NCBI GenBank assembly: GCA_963713975.1
Contig: OY970218.1
Location: 3,560,742-3,624,741 of the forward strand
Reading direction: 5' to 3'
DNA from: an uncultured Chloroflexia bacterium
GTDB taxonomy: Bacteria; Chloroflexota; Limnocylindria; Limnocylindrales; CSP1-4
DNA: 64,000 nucleotides
A program made the position numbers and the translations under genes. The number at the start of each line of letters is the position of its first letter. Positions within the stretch are counted from its first letter, which is position 1. The notes below the pieces were generated by a model. That model worked only from the letters and a program-made list of their open reading frames with translations. It did not search any database and was not told the origin of the DNA. Below are positions 27,748 to 37,492 of this stretch, piece after piece.

Positions 27748-28764
27748 TCAGCGGAGGCGCTCGAGGTCCCCGAGGGGCACGTCGACGGTCGGTCCGTCGT
27801 CGATCGCCACCCGGGCCGCCTCCAGCACGACGTTGGCGGCGAACCGGCGAGGACCCAGCGGCGCCACGAGCCGCCCTTCGAGCCCCGCGCTTGATCCGCT
27901 CCGGATCCGCACCCAATCGGGCGGGATGGGCGGAAGGTCCTGGGGATCCTCGTCGAACACCAGTGCCGGCGGGTCGACCAGGAGTGCCACCCGCGTGCCG
28001 GCAAGACGCTCAAGGATCGCGGCGACGGGGCTGGGGATGGGGCGTCGGACGGCACCCTCCAGCACTAGCACGCCGAACGGCTGCGCCGGGTGCAGGGCGG
28101 CCCGCTGGCGACGCTCGGATGCCTGGAAGTCCCGCAGCTCCTTGCCCGGCAGCGTCGCGACCACGATCCCCCGGACGCCCATGGCTCGCGCACGGGTGAG
28201 CGCCTCGGCATCGATGCGCGCACCGACGACGAGGATGCTGCCGGCCCGCCCCACGTCGATGCCGCCGGGGCGCAGCTCGCCCCACGGGTCCGTGGCGAGC
28301 TCGAGGGGACCGCTTGCGGCGGACCCGGCGGCAAAGGCACCCCGGAGTGCGGGACCCGCGGCACGGACCCTGATCTCGGCCCCGGGACGCACCCCCGTGA
28401 CCTCCCCGCCGATCGGCGAGGCCAGCGGATCCCGGTGATCGCCCGCCACCATGCGCCAGCGCTGCTTCTTGCCGGGCAGCGGCGCGAGCAGCTCACCGTC
28501 CCGCTCGCGCTCACGATGGCGGCGACCACCGACCGTGGACCAGCGCGTGCCCGCCTGGGGCCGATCCTCATCCGGGGCGACCCGGACCTCCACCTCCTCG
28601 ACGCGGCGGTCGCGCAGGTGTTCCAGGAGCGGGTCGCCGGCGTTGATCAGCGAGCCGGACTCGACCAGCGGGCGGTCGCCCGGCGGCAGCGCGAAGCGAG
28701 CCTCGAGTCCGCGCTCCAGGATCGTGCGGGTCGGGATCTCCGCGAGCCAGTCGACGTCGGTCAC
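27748..28764 (-). CDS. Conserved hypothetical protein (sandwich-hybrid-like N-terminus, KOW-like C-terminus); partner of the GlmL-like gene
   Basis: Good GC3 bias, GTGA overlap with the upstream gene; LVESGSLINAGDPL, SPIGGEV, VRIRSGSSAGLEGRLV. Confidence 0.75.
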   Translation of the reverse strand: MTDVDWLAEIPTRTILERGLEARFALPPGDRPLVESGSLINAGDPLLEHLRDRRVEEVEVRVAPDEDRPQAGTRWSTVGGRRHRERERDGELLAPLPGKKQRWRMVAGDHRDPLASPIGGEVTGVRPGAEIRVRAAGPALRGAFAAGSAASGPLELATDPWGELRPGGIDVGRAGSILVVGARIDAEALTRARAMGVRGIVVATLPGKELRDFQASERRQRAALHPAQPFGVLVLEGAVRRPIPSPVAAILERLAGTRVALLVDPPALVFDEDPQDLPPIPPDWVRIRSGSSAGLEGRLVAPLGPRRFAANVVLEAARVAIDDGPTVDVPLGDLERLR

Positions 28765-30368
28765 GTGTCGATTCCTGCCCACATGGCGCCCTGCCAGGCG
28801 GCGAGCAGGTCCCGGCGCCGCTCGAGTCGGTCCGGGAGCCGCAGCGGCACGTCGCGCAGGTCGACGACCAGCCCCGCCAGGCCACCGGCGACCTCCACGG
28901 CCGCCTGCCTGACGCGGACACCGAGATCCAGGGGGTCCCGGAACTGTGCCTCGACCACGGCCCGTTCACCGGGGGCGAGGTCCACCAGCTCGAGCCCGCC
29001 GGGCACAAGGTCCAGCTCCGCTCGCCCGCTCGGTCCCTCCACCGTCAGTCGGCCTGCCGGCCGCCCGGGCCGAAGCCCACGGGGCATGAGCACGCTGCCC
29101 AGGGGCACCAGGAGGTCCTCGCGCAGGTCGGTCATGACCGAGCGCCGCTCGTCCGGATCCGCGATGGCCCCCAGGGGCGCGAGCAGCCTCGCATGGTCCC
29201 ATCCCAGGGCCCGGACGCCGGGCCGCCGGAGCACGTCCACCATGGCCAGGGCGACGGCGGGGCCCGGCGCGACGCTCCAGGCACCGCCCGATGCCACCAC
29301 CAGGTCCGGCGCGGGTCCGTCCGCAAAGGCGGGGGTCGCGGCGACCAGGCGGGCCAGCGCCGCTCGCACCGCCGCCATGCGCAGCAGCGCACCATCCCCG
29401 GCCGCATCGCCCCACGGCGCGATCGCGAGCTCGCGCAGCCGATCGCGGGTGCGCAACCGGTCCAGCGGCGTGGTCAGCCAGCCCGCGATGGCGTCCAGGT
29501 GCGCCTCCGTGAACGCGGCGGGTAGCAGCGCCGCGGACGGCACGTTCGCCCAGCGTGGCTCCGGAGCCTTGCCCATCGAGCGGCCGGCGATCGCCCTCGT
29601 CGCACCGGACTGGCCGACCTCGACAACCTCGACCCGGCGCCGGAGCACCTCGGCCAAGGTGACGGTGGCAGCCGCAAGCGCCCGCCGGCCGTCGGCCTCC
29701 CCGCCCCGCAACCCGTCGAGGAGCTCGCGCAGCGGCTCGCCGCCCCCGACGGCAGGCGTCGGACCCAGCACCGTCGGACCGGGGCGCCCGGGGGCGAACA
29801 GTGCCTCCAGCCTGCCGCCGGGCTCGGCGAGCCCCCCAGCGAGCACAGTGACGAGATCCGGGCGCCGGTCCGCTGCGGCGGCGACGAGCGCCCCGAGGTC
29901 CGGCAGCAGGGCTCGCTCGTCGGCTCCGGGCGGGTCCGATGCCCCGGCCAGCACGGCGCTGACGCGTGGGTCGGCGAGGGCCGTTGCCACGGGCAGGATC
30001 TCCGCCCCGTCGAGCACCAGCGGCCGGACGCGCCAGCCGGCCGCGCTGGCCACCGCCACGAGTGGGGCCAGCACTCGATCCGTGGCCGCGAGCACGGCCA
30101 TCTCCGGGGCCCTGGTCGTCGTGCAGGTGACCCGCGGGAGGTCGGTCGCGGCCCCCATGCCGGCGATGCCCAGTGTGGACGCAAGCTCCGGGTCCGCGGC
30201 CTCGAGGCGGCGGCGGAGGCGCTCGATGACGGCATCACCGTCGACCGTGCACGGCGCCGAACCGGCGCCAAGAAGCCTCCAGGCGCCTCCGACGCGGCCG
30301 ATCAGCGCCGCGGCGACGGTCGCGGTTCCGCTGTCGAGGGCGACGAACACCCGGGGCTGCCTGCTCAC
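28761..30368 (-). CDS. GlmL/MutL(Clostridium)-like ASKHA-fold protein (glutamate mutase L family), degenerate
   Basis: VALDSGTATV..IGRVGGAWRLLGAGSAPCTV, VLAGASD, VVEVGQSG, LVVASGG, C-terminal GGLAGLVVDLR..PLRLP. Confidence 0.65.
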   Translation of the reverse strand: MSRQPRVFVALDSGTATVAAALIGRVGGAWRLLGAGSAPCTVDGDAVIERLRRRLEAADPELASTLGIAGMGAATDLPRVTCTTTRAPEMAVLAATDRVLAPLVAVASAAGWRVRPLVLDGAEILPVATALADPRVSAVLAGASDPPGADERALLPDLGALVAAAADRRPDLVTVLAGGLAEPGGRLEALFAPGRPGPTVLGPTPAVGGGEPLRELLDGLRGGEADGRRALAAATVTLAEVLRRRVEVVEVGQSGATRAIAGRSMGKAPEPRWANVPSAALLPAAFTEAHLDAIAGWLTTPLDRLRTRDRLRELAIAPWGDAAGDGALLRMAAVRAALARLVAATPAFADGPAPDLVVASGGAWSVAPGPAVALAMVDVLRRPGVRALGWDHARLLAPLGAIADPDERRSVMTDLREDLLVPLGSVLMPRGLRPGRPAGRLTVEGPSGRAELDLVPGGLELVDLAPGERAVVEAQFRDPLDLGVRVRQAAVEVAGGLAGLVVDLRDVPLRLPDRLERRRDLLAAWQGAMWAGIDT

Positions 30369-30420
30369 CTCGCCGATGCTACCAGCGGCGGGCGTGTCAT
30401 CCGGGCCGGCCGTCGCCGGG

Positions 30421-30711
30421 TCAGGCGTCCCAGCCGTCGACCTCGTCGAGCTCCTCGAGCCGGTCGATCAGGGCCTCGATCCCGGCGTCATCGCCCAGCA
30501 GCTCCGTCGCCGACGGCGATTCGCCTCCGAACAGCTCGCCCAGGACCGGGTTGAAGAACAGCATCGCCGGGGCGCCGAGCGGCCGGTAGGGCCGGCTCGC
30601 CTCCAGGAAGTGGACGGCCGGGCCGGTCAGCCCGCGCAGCCGGATCTCCTGGGCGACTGCCTCCACGAGGGCATCGCGACGCTGGTCGAACGGCTCGCTG
30701 GGAAAGCTCAC
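30421..30711 (-). CDS. Small conserved hypothetical protein
   Basis: RGLTGPAVHFLEASRPYRPLG..AMLFFNP..IEALIDRLEE; GTGA-coupled to the macrodomain gene. Confidence 0.75.
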   Translation of the reverse strand: MSFPSEPFDQRRDALVEAVAQEIRLRGLTGPAVHFLEASRPYRPLGAPAMLFFNPVLGELFGGESPSATELLGDDAGIEALIDRLEELDEVDGWDA

Positions 30712-31274
30712 GCGGAGCCTTCGAAGGATGGCGCAGGCACCGGCTGGACCAGCGGCCGCGAGGGTGCCGGCTCATCGTCGGCGAGCGCACCGGCAAACGC
30801 CTGGTAGGCGGCGGCCCCACGCAGCGCGAACACCACATGCTCGACGGTCGGCGACTGGCGCAGCTCATCGCGGACGACGGTCACCGCGATGCGCGCCGCC
30901 TCGTCCAGGGGGAAGCCACCGAGCCCCGTGCCAAGCGCCGGAAACGCGACGCTCGACAGCCCGAGTTCGCGGACGCGGGCCATGGCGCTCCGGGCGGCGC
31001 GCTCGAGGGCTGGACCGCTCGTGTGGCGGTTGCGCTCGAGCGACACGGCATGGATCACGACCTTGGCGGCGAGCCGGCCGGCAGGCGTCACCACGGCGTC
31101 GCCGAGGGAGACCGGTGCCTGGCGCAGCGCGGCGAACTCGATCTCGTCACCGCCGGTCCGCTTGATCTCACCCGCCGTGCCCGTCGACATCCAGAGCGAC
31201 GTCGCAGCGGGACTCACGATGGCATCGACCTCGAGGTCGCAGATGTCGCCGTTCCAGAGCTCGATGCGCGCCAT
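30708..31274 (-). CDS. Macrodomain (ADP-ribose-binding) protein
   Basis: LWNGDICDLEVDAIV, AVVTPAGRL..VIHAV, SVAFPALGTGLGGFP; GGAGG RBS. Confidence 0.9.
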   Translation of the reverse strand: MARIELWNGDICDLEVDAIVSPAATSLWMSTGTAGEIKRTGGDEIEFAALRQAPVSLGDAVVTPAGRLAAKVVIHAVSLERNRHTSGPALERAARSAMARVRELGLSSVAFPALGTGLGGFPLDEAARIAVTVVRDELRQSPTVEHVVFALRGAAAYQAFAGALADDEPAPSRPLVQPVPAPSFEGSA

Positions 31275-32530
31275 TCGGACCTCCCTCCGGTGAGCGTCCG
31301 CATCCCCACGACGGAACCCGCGGCATGGTACACCCGGGCCAGCCGCCGGGACATCCCGGTGAAGATCTCGTAGCTGATGGTCCCCGCGAGCGATGCGAGC
31401 TCGAAGGCCGTGATGCGCTCCGTCCCCTGCTCGCCGAGGAGCACGAACTCTTCGTCGACCCCAACCGGAGGGCCGGCCACGTCGGTGACGTCGGCCATCA
31501 CGGCGTCCATCGCCACTCGCCCCACCAGCGGTACGCGCACGCCACGCACCAGGGCACAAGTCCTGTCCGAGAGCACCCGGTGCCAGCCGTCCGCGTAGCC
31601 CACCGGCAGCGTGGCAATCCGGCGCGGACGGTCGGTCACGTACGTCGGACCGTAGCTGACCCCATGCCCCGCCGCCAGGTCCTGGACGCGCACCGGGCGA
31701 GCCTTGAGCGCCATGACCGGCCGCAGGCCCGCCGCCGTCCGAGCCGTGGTCGCCGGTGGCACGAGCGCGTCGGGGACGATGCCGTAGACCGCGATCCCGG
31801 TGCGTACGTTGTCCCAGCGGGCGACATCCCCACCGAGCACGCCGCCACTGCCCGCGAGGTGCCGGCGCACACCGGGAGTTCCCCACGCCAGGACGCCATT
31901 GAGCGGGCCCAGGGCCTCCACGAAGAGCGAGTCCTGGTCCCGGGCGCTCGCCGGGATGTCGGCGGCGGCGAGGTGGCTCCAGATCCCACCGAGGCGCACT
32001 CCGGGGGCGGCCGTCAGCGCCGCGACGACGCTCGCCACATCCGCCGGCATGACGCCGCCGCGTCCCAGCCCCGTCTCGACCTCGAGGTGGACCTCCAGCG
32101 GCCGCGCTCCCGGTCGTTGGGCTGCCCTGGCCGCCGATCGAAGGACGCGCTCGAGCGGCTCGCCCGGCCCCAGGCTGACGGCGATCTCCGCGGCGGCGGC
32201 CTCGGGCGCGACCTCGGGCGGGATCGGGTAGATCACGAGCAGCGGCAGCGCGACCCCGGCGTCCCGGAGCTCGAAGGCCTCGTCCAGGGTGGCAACGGAC
32301 AGGCCATCGGCGCCCGCAGCCTCGAGCGCCAGCGCAACGGGCACCGCGCCATGACCGTAGGCATCCGCCTTCACCACGGGCTCGACACGTACCGACGGCC
32401 CGACCTCCGCGCGGAGGGTCGCGAGGTTCGCGGCCAGGGCGTCGAGGTCGATCTCGAGCCACGCCATGCGGGCGAGCGGCGACATGCCGGCGCTCGCAAG
32501 ACGCGCCTCGATCGGTGCGACGCCGGTCAT
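31214..32530 (-). CDS. alr: Alanine racemase
   Basis: VVKADAYGHG, ETGLGRGG, SHLA, GVSYG, PVGYADG, GRVAMD, GTISYE. Confidence 0.95.
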   Translation of the reverse strand: MTGVAPIEARLASAGMSPLARMAWLEIDLDALAANLATLRAEVGPSVRVEPVVKADAYGHGAVPVALALEAAGADGLSVATLDEAFELRDAGVALPLLVIYPIPPEVAPEAAAAEIAVSLGPGEPLERVLRSAARAAQRPGARPLEVHLEVETGLGRGGVMPADVASVVAALTAAPGVRLGGIWSHLAAADIPASARDQDSLFVEALGPLNGVLAWGTPGVRRHLAGSGGVLGGDVARWDNVRTGIAVYGIVPDALVPPATTARTAAGLRPVMALKARPVRVQDLAAGHGVSYGPTYVTDRPRRIATLPVGYADGWHRVLSDRTCALVRGVRVPLVGRVAMDAVMADVTDVAGPPVGVDEEFVLLGEQGTERITAFELASLAGTISYEIFTGMSRRLARVYHAAGSVVGMRTLTGGRSEWRASSSGTATSATSRSMPS

Positions 32531-32558
32531 CGGGTAGCGGGCCGCCCGTCGGGCGCGA

Positions 32559-33680
32559 TCACGACTCGTCCCCAGTCGTCCCGGCGCCCGGCTCCGCCGC
32601 CGCGTCCGGCCCCGACTGGGGAACCTGCTCCGGCCCTTCGTCCCGGGCCCCGAACCCCAGCCTGCGTCCGGCCCGCTGGCGCTCGGCAATCCGCGCCAGG
32701 CGCTTGCGAACCAGCGGCACCGCATCCGGCAGGTCCGACGCAAGCAGGCCGGCATCGCCAAGCCGCTCTCGGACGAGCTCTCCGGCCTGGCCATGGAGGT
32801 ACACGCCGAGCCGGGCCGCGTCGTAGGGAGCGAGACCCTGCGCGACCAGGGCCCCGATCGTCCCCGCCAGCACGTCGCCCGTCCCGCCGGATGCCATCGC
32901 GGGGTTCTCGAACCGGGCCATGGACACCGAGCCATCGGGCGCCGCGATCACGGTATTGGCACCCTTGAGCACGACCACCTGTCGCCACTCGGCAGCGGCG
33001 GCCGCGGCGGCGCGCACCCGGGCTCCATCGTCGGTGTCGATGGCCCCATCCTCGCCCGACTCATGGCCGCTGCCGGTGCGCAGCCGCGCAAACTCGCCCG
33101 CGTGCGGCGTGAGCACGCATGGCCGGGTCACCCCGGTCCACCACTCGTCCGCGGAGGCGAGGGTGCGCAGCGCCTCGGCGTCGAGGACCACCGGGGCGGC
33201 CCGGCTCTCCTCCGGTGCCGTGAGAAGAAGCCGCAGCAGGTCGGCCGTCGCAAGCGATGGACGCAGGCCAGGGCCGATCACCATGGCATCGTGCTCGTGG
33301 TCCAGGATCTTCGCCAGCGCCGGCTCCGGGTCGACCTCCTCGACGTCGTCCTCGGGGAGGGCCATCGTGGTCGCCTCGACCACCTTGGCGGCGAACAGCG
33401 GCTGGAGTGTCTCCGGCACGGCCAGCGTCACCAGGCCGGCTCCAGCCCTCCCCGCGGCGCGGCAGACAAGCAGCGCGGCCCCCGCATAGTCGAGCGAGCC
33501 CGCGATGACCAGGAGCTTGCCGAACGTGCCCTTGTGGCCGCGCGCGTCGCGAACCGGGACCAGGCGCGCCATCGCCTCATCGTCCAGGTGCTCGACGCCG
33601 GCCGGGACCTCGATGCCGTCACCGGCGGAGGAGGCGTCGTCCTCGCGCCGGCCGAACCCGACCGGCCGCCGGTCAACCAC
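32559..33680 (-). CDS. nnrD: ADP-dependent NAD(P)H-hydrate dehydratase (stand-alone, no epimerase domain)
   Basis: HKGTFG, AGS..YAGAA, GAGLV, IGPGL, VLDAEAL, LTPHAGE, LKGA, MASGGTGDVLAG. Confidence 0.92.
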   Translation of the reverse strand: MVDRRPVGFGRREDDASSAGDGIEVPAGVEHLDDEAMARLVPVRDARGHKGTFGKLLVIAGSLDYAGAALLVCRAAGRAGAGLVTLAVPETLQPLFAAKVVEATTMALPEDDVEEVDPEPALAKILDHEHDAMVIGPGLRPSLATADLLRLLLTAPEESRAAPVVLDAEALRTLASADEWWTGVTRPCVLTPHAGEFARLRTGSGHESGEDGAIDTDDGARVRAAAAAAAEWRQVVVLKGANTVIAAPDGSVSMARFENPAMASGGTGDVLAGTIGALVAQGLAPYDAARLGVYLHGQAGELVRERLGDAGLLASDLPDAVPLVRKRLARIAERQRAGRRLGFGARDEGPEQVPQSGPDAAAEPGAGTTGDES

Positions 33681-34242
33681 GACCGTCGTCCCCGGCCGGC
33701 TCCGCGAGCGCCTCGAGCCCGGTGGACGCCTCATGGAGCGCGCGCAGGCGCTCCATCCGGGCCAGGAGCTTGCGCTCCCGCTCGTCGAGCCTGGCGTCGA
33801 TGTCGAGGGGGAAGACATAGCGGCCACCGGCCGTCCGCACGCCGAACGCGACGGCGACCGCGAACTCCGCCTCATGGGTGATCGATACCGCGATCCGACC
33901 CATGCCGAGCTGCTCCGCTCGCTGCGCGGCCCGGCCATGGAGCACGATCGACGGCTGGCCGGTGGGCAGGCGCTCGACCTCGATGTCCTTCCAGCCGACG
34001 CCACGGACGCCCAGGCCGAGGACCTTGGACACGGCCTCCTTGGCGGCCCAGCGGCCCGCGAAGGTCTCGGGACGGGCCCGGACGTAGCGCTGCTCGCGGG
34101 CGGTCAGGACGCGGTCCGAGAACCGCTGCCCAAACCTGTCGATCGCCCGTTGGATCCGGTCCACCTTGACGATGTCCACGCCCAGCTCGGTCGTGCCCGG
34201 CGGCACGACGCCCGGAGGGATCGCGGGGTCGGGACCGGACAT
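33673..34242 (-). CDS. acpS: Holo-ACP synthase with C-terminal extension
   Basis: LGVDIV, FAGRWAAKEAVSKVLG, GQP, VSITHE. Confidence 0.92.
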   Translation of the reverse strand: MSGPDPAIPPGVVPPGTTELGVDIVKVDRIQRAIDRFGQRFSDRVLTAREQRYVRARPETFAGRWAAKEAVSKVLGLGVRGVGWKDIEVERLPTGQPSIVLHGRAAQRAEQLGMGRIAVSITHEAEFAVAVAFGVRTAGGRYVFPLDIDARLDERERKLLARMERLRALHEASTGLEALAEPAGDDGRG

Positions 34243-34244
34243 GC

Positions 34245-36074
34245 CTACTCCACCGTCACCGACTTGGCGAGGTTGCGCGGCTGGTCCACGTCGGTGCCCC
34301 GGGTGACTGCCATGTGGTAGGCAAGCAGCTGGAGGGGGATGACCGCCAGCACCGGCGACAGCGCCTCGTGCGTGTCGGGCACCCACAGGACGTCGTCGGC
34401 GAAGCGTTCGATCGCGGTGTCCCCATCGGTCGCGACCGCGATCACCCGAGCGTCCCGCGCCCGTCCCTCCATCACGTTGCTCATCAGCTTGTCGTAGCTG
34501 GAGGCCCGGGTGGCGATCGCGACCAGCGGGCACTCGGCGTCGAGCAGGGAGATGGGGCCGTGCTTGAGCTCGCCGGCCGCATAACCCTCAGCGTGGATGT
34601 AGCTGACCTCCTTGAGCTTCAGCGCACCCTCGAGCGCGCCCGGCAGCCCATAGCCCCGACCGATGAACATGAAGCCACGCGAGTTGACGTAGCGCCGGGC
34701 GATCTCGGGGATGCCGTCGCCTCGCTCCAAAACCCTGGCGGCCGCGTCGGGGAGGGCGCGCAGGGCGAGCCCGATCTCCAGCTCCTGCTTGCCGCCCATG
34801 GCTCCCCGGGCCTTCGCGATGGCCGCGGCCAGGACGACCAGGGTCGTCACCTGGGTCACGAACGTCTTCGAAGCGGCCACGGCGATCTCGGGCCCCGCCT
34901 GCAGGAACATGACCGCCTCGGCCTCACGGGTGATCGCGGAACCCACGGTGTTGGTGACAGCGACGACCGGGCATCCCCGCTCGCGCGCCCAGCGGGTGGG
35001 CGCGATCGTGTCCGCGGTCTCGCCGGACTGCGTGACGGCGATCACCAGGGTGGCGGTGTCGAGCGGCGGCGGCGCGTAGCGGAACTCCGAGCCCACGGTC
35101 ACCCTCGCCGGCAGGCCGGTCCACTCCTGGATCGCGGCCGCACCCACGAGGGCGGCATAGGACGCGGTGCCGCAGGCGACCAGCTCCACGCGGTTGACGC
35201 GCCGGAACACCTCGTGAAGCCCATCGACCTCGGGCGCGGCGATGTGCCCCGTGGCGGTCACGCGCCCGGCCAGGGACTGGCGCAGGGCGGCGGGCTGCTC
35301 GTGGATCTCCTTGAGCATGAAGTGATCGAAGCCGCCCTTCTCCGCGTCCTGCGGAGTCCAGTCGATGACCGTCACCGCCCGGACGAGCGCGCGACCCTCG
35401 AGGTCCGTCACCTGCACGCCCGTCGGCCGGACGTCCGCGACGTCCCCGTCCTCCAGGAACACGATCCGGTTCGTATGCGCCAGGATGGCGGCGACGTCGC
35501 TGGCGATAAATGTCTCCTCGCCGTTGAGGCCAACGACCAGCGGCACGTTCTGGCGGGCGCCGACCAGGCGGCTGATCTCGCCCTTGTGCATCACGACCAG
35601 CGCGTAGGCACCTTCGACCCGGTGCAGCGCCGCGCGGACAGCATCGGCAAGGTCGCCCTGGTACGCATCCTCGATGAGATGGGCGAGCGCCTCGGTGTCC
35701 GTCTCCGACGCGAGCGTGTGGCCGCCGGCCTCCAGCTCGTCCCGGAGCTCCCGGAAGTTCTCGATGATCCCGTTGTGGATCACCGTGATGTTGCCGGAGC
35801 AATCCTGGTGCGGGTGGGCGTTGAGGTCATTGGGTCTGCCATGGGTGGCCCAGCGGGTGTGGGCGAGACCGATGGCGGCGTGCGGCGTCCGGTCCGCGAG
35901 GGCGGTCTGGAGGTTGACGAGCTTGCCTGCCCTCTTCTCGAGAAACAGGTCTCCTTCCTCGTCAACAAGCGCGATGCCGGCCGAGTCGTAGCCGCGGTAC
36001 TCGAGGCGTCGCAGACCCTCGATCAGGATGGGGCCCGCCTCGCGCGGACCCGTGTAGCCGACAATTCCACACAT
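34245..36074 (-). CDS. glmS: Glutamine-fructose-6-phosphate transaminase
   Basis: MCGIVG, LEYRGYDSAG, HTRWATHG, QSGETADT, ELKHGPI, PRNLAKSVTVE. Confidence 0.98.
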   Translation of the reverse strand: MCGIVGYTGPREAGPILIEGLRRLEYRGYDSAGIALVDEEGDLFLEKRAGKLVNLQTALADRTPHAAIGLAHTRWATHGRPNDLNAHPHQDCSGNITVIHNGIIENFRELRDELEAGGHTLASETDTEALAHLIEDAYQGDLADAVRAALHRVEGAYALVVMHKGEISRLVGARQNVPLVVGLNGEETFIASDVAAILAHTNRIVFLEDGDVADVRPTGVQVTDLEGRALVRAVTVIDWTPQDAEKGGFDHFMLKEIHEQPAALRQSLAGRVTATGHIAAPEVDGLHEVFRRVNRVELVACGTASYAALVGAAAIQEWTGLPARVTVGSEFRYAPPPLDTATLVIAVTQSGETADTIAPTRWARERGCPVVAVTNTVGSAITREAEAVMFLQAGPEIAVAASKTFVTQVTTLVVLAAAIAKARGAMGGKQELEIGLALRALPDAAARVLERGDGIPEIARRYVNSRGFMFIGRGYGLPGALEGALKLKEVSYIHAEGYAAGELKHGPISLLDAECPLVAIATRASSYDKLMSNVMEGRARDARVIAVATDGDTAIERFADDVLWVPDTHEALSPVLAVIPLQLLAYHMAVTRGTDVDQPRNLAKSVTVE

Positions 36075-36119
36075 GTGGCGGGTTCTCCCCTGCGGACGCG
36101 CCGCTGCCCGGCCCGGCGG

Positions 36120-37454
36120 CTAGTGTAGACGCTCCCCTACCAGAGCCGCGATCGCGTCGGCCAGCTCCATCACGAGGATCGCGTCATGGCCCTCGACCAT
36201 CACCCGCAGGACGGGTTCGGTTCCCGAGGGACGCACGAGGATCCTCCCGTGCGGCGCGAGGCGGGCCTCCGCGGCGGCGATGGCGCCCTGCAGGACGTCG
36301 TCGTTCTCCCACTGGTCACGGTGGCGGACCCGGATCGCCCGCTGCTGCTGCGGTAGCAGCGGGATGGCCCGCGCCAGCTCGTCCAGACCGGCGCGCGCGG
36401 CCTGCATCACGCGCAGCAGCTCGATCGCGGTAACGATGCCGTCCCCGGACGTCGAGTGCTCGCGGATGATCACATGGCCGCTCTTCTCTCCACCCAGGCC
36501 GGCACCCGACACGAGCATCGCGGCAAGGATGTGCTTGTCCCCCACCGGCGTTCTCACGAGGCGGCCGCCGGCCGCCTCGACCGCCCGCTGGAGCCCGCCG
36601 TTGGAGAGCACCGAGACCACCAGGCTGTTGTCGTCGAGCGCGCCGCGGGCGAGCCGCTCCAGGGCCAGGATCCCCAGGACCTGGTCGCCGTCCACGATGT
36701 TGCCGCCGGCATCCACCGCGATGCACCGGTCCGCGTCGCCGTCGAGCGCGAAACCCACGTCCGCGTGCTGCTCACGGACCGCCGTCATGAGCGATTCCGG
36801 ATGGGTGGCGCCACAGTGAAGGTTGATGTTGTCGCCGTCGGGCGAGTCGTGGATCACGGTGACACGGGCGCCGGTCGCGCGCAGGATCTCGGGCGCCAGC
36901 CGGAACGCGGCACCGTTGGCCGTGTCGAGCACCACGTGCAGGCCGGCGCCCGCGACCCCCGAGGCGAGTCCCGTGCGGTGGCGCACGTACCCGGCCACGA
37001 GGTCGGTGGCGCGGATGTACCGTCCTACGTCCTGCGGGGGGGCGCCCGGCAGCTCGTCGGCACGCAGGATCAGCGACTCGAGCTCGTCCTCCAGGTCATC
37101 GTCGAGCTTCTGCCCGCTCGGCCCCAGGACCTTGAGCCCGTTGTCCTCGGCCGGGTTGTGCGACGCGCTGACCATGATCCCGGCCGCGAACGCCTCCGCG
37201 CCCGCCAGGTAGGCAAGTGCAGGCGTGGGCACGACGCCGACGTCGTGGACCACCGCGCCCATGCTGGTGGCACCCGCCGTGATCGCCGCCACGAACATGT
37301 CGCCCGATCGGCGAGTGTCCTGGCCGACCACCAGCGAGCCGCTGGCCCCCCCGATCTGGTGGGCCGTCGCACGCCCGAGGGCGAACGCGAGCGATGGGCG
37401 CAGGTCCACGTTGGCGGCTCCGCGAATTCCGTCGGTGCCGAAGAGGCGGGTCAT
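36120..37454 (-). CDS. glmM: Phosphoglucosamine mutase
   Basis: LFGTDGIRG, SASHNP, DGDADR, GGEKSGH, RPSGTEP. Confidence 0.96.
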   Translation of the reverse strand: MTRLFGTDGIRGAANVDLRPSLAFALGRATAHQIGGASGSLVVGQDTRRSGDMFVAAITAGATSMGAVVHDVGVVPTPALAYLAGAEAFAAGIMVSASHNPAEDNGLKVLGPSGQKLDDDLEDELESLILRADELPGAPPQDVGRYIRATDLVAGYVRHRTGLASGVAGAGLHVVLDTANGAAFRLAPEILRATGARVTVIHDSPDGDNINLHCGATHPESLMTAVREQHADVGFALDGDADRCIAVDAGGNIVDGDQVLGILALERLARGALDDNSLVVSVLSNGGLQRAVEAAGGRLVRTPVGDKHILAAMLVSGAGLGGEKSGHVIIREHSTSGDGIVTAIELLRVMQAARAGLDELARAIPLLPQQQRAIRVRHRDQWENDDVLQGAIAAAEARLAPHGRILVRPSGTEPVLRVMVEGHDAILVMELADAIAALVGERLH

Positions 37455-37492
37455 TCAGGTTCCTCGTGCGCGGGAGTCCGGGGGCGGCCGGG

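Noticed and set aside
28090-30807. 905-aa plus-strand ORF
   Set aside because: Ser/Arg/Ala-rich antisense shadow of three minus-strand genes; stop codons are rare in GC-rich DNA and no motifs are recognisable
36075-36119. Possible glmS ribozyme upstream of glmS
   Set aside because: Only 45 nt between glmM and glmS; too short and no recognisable core
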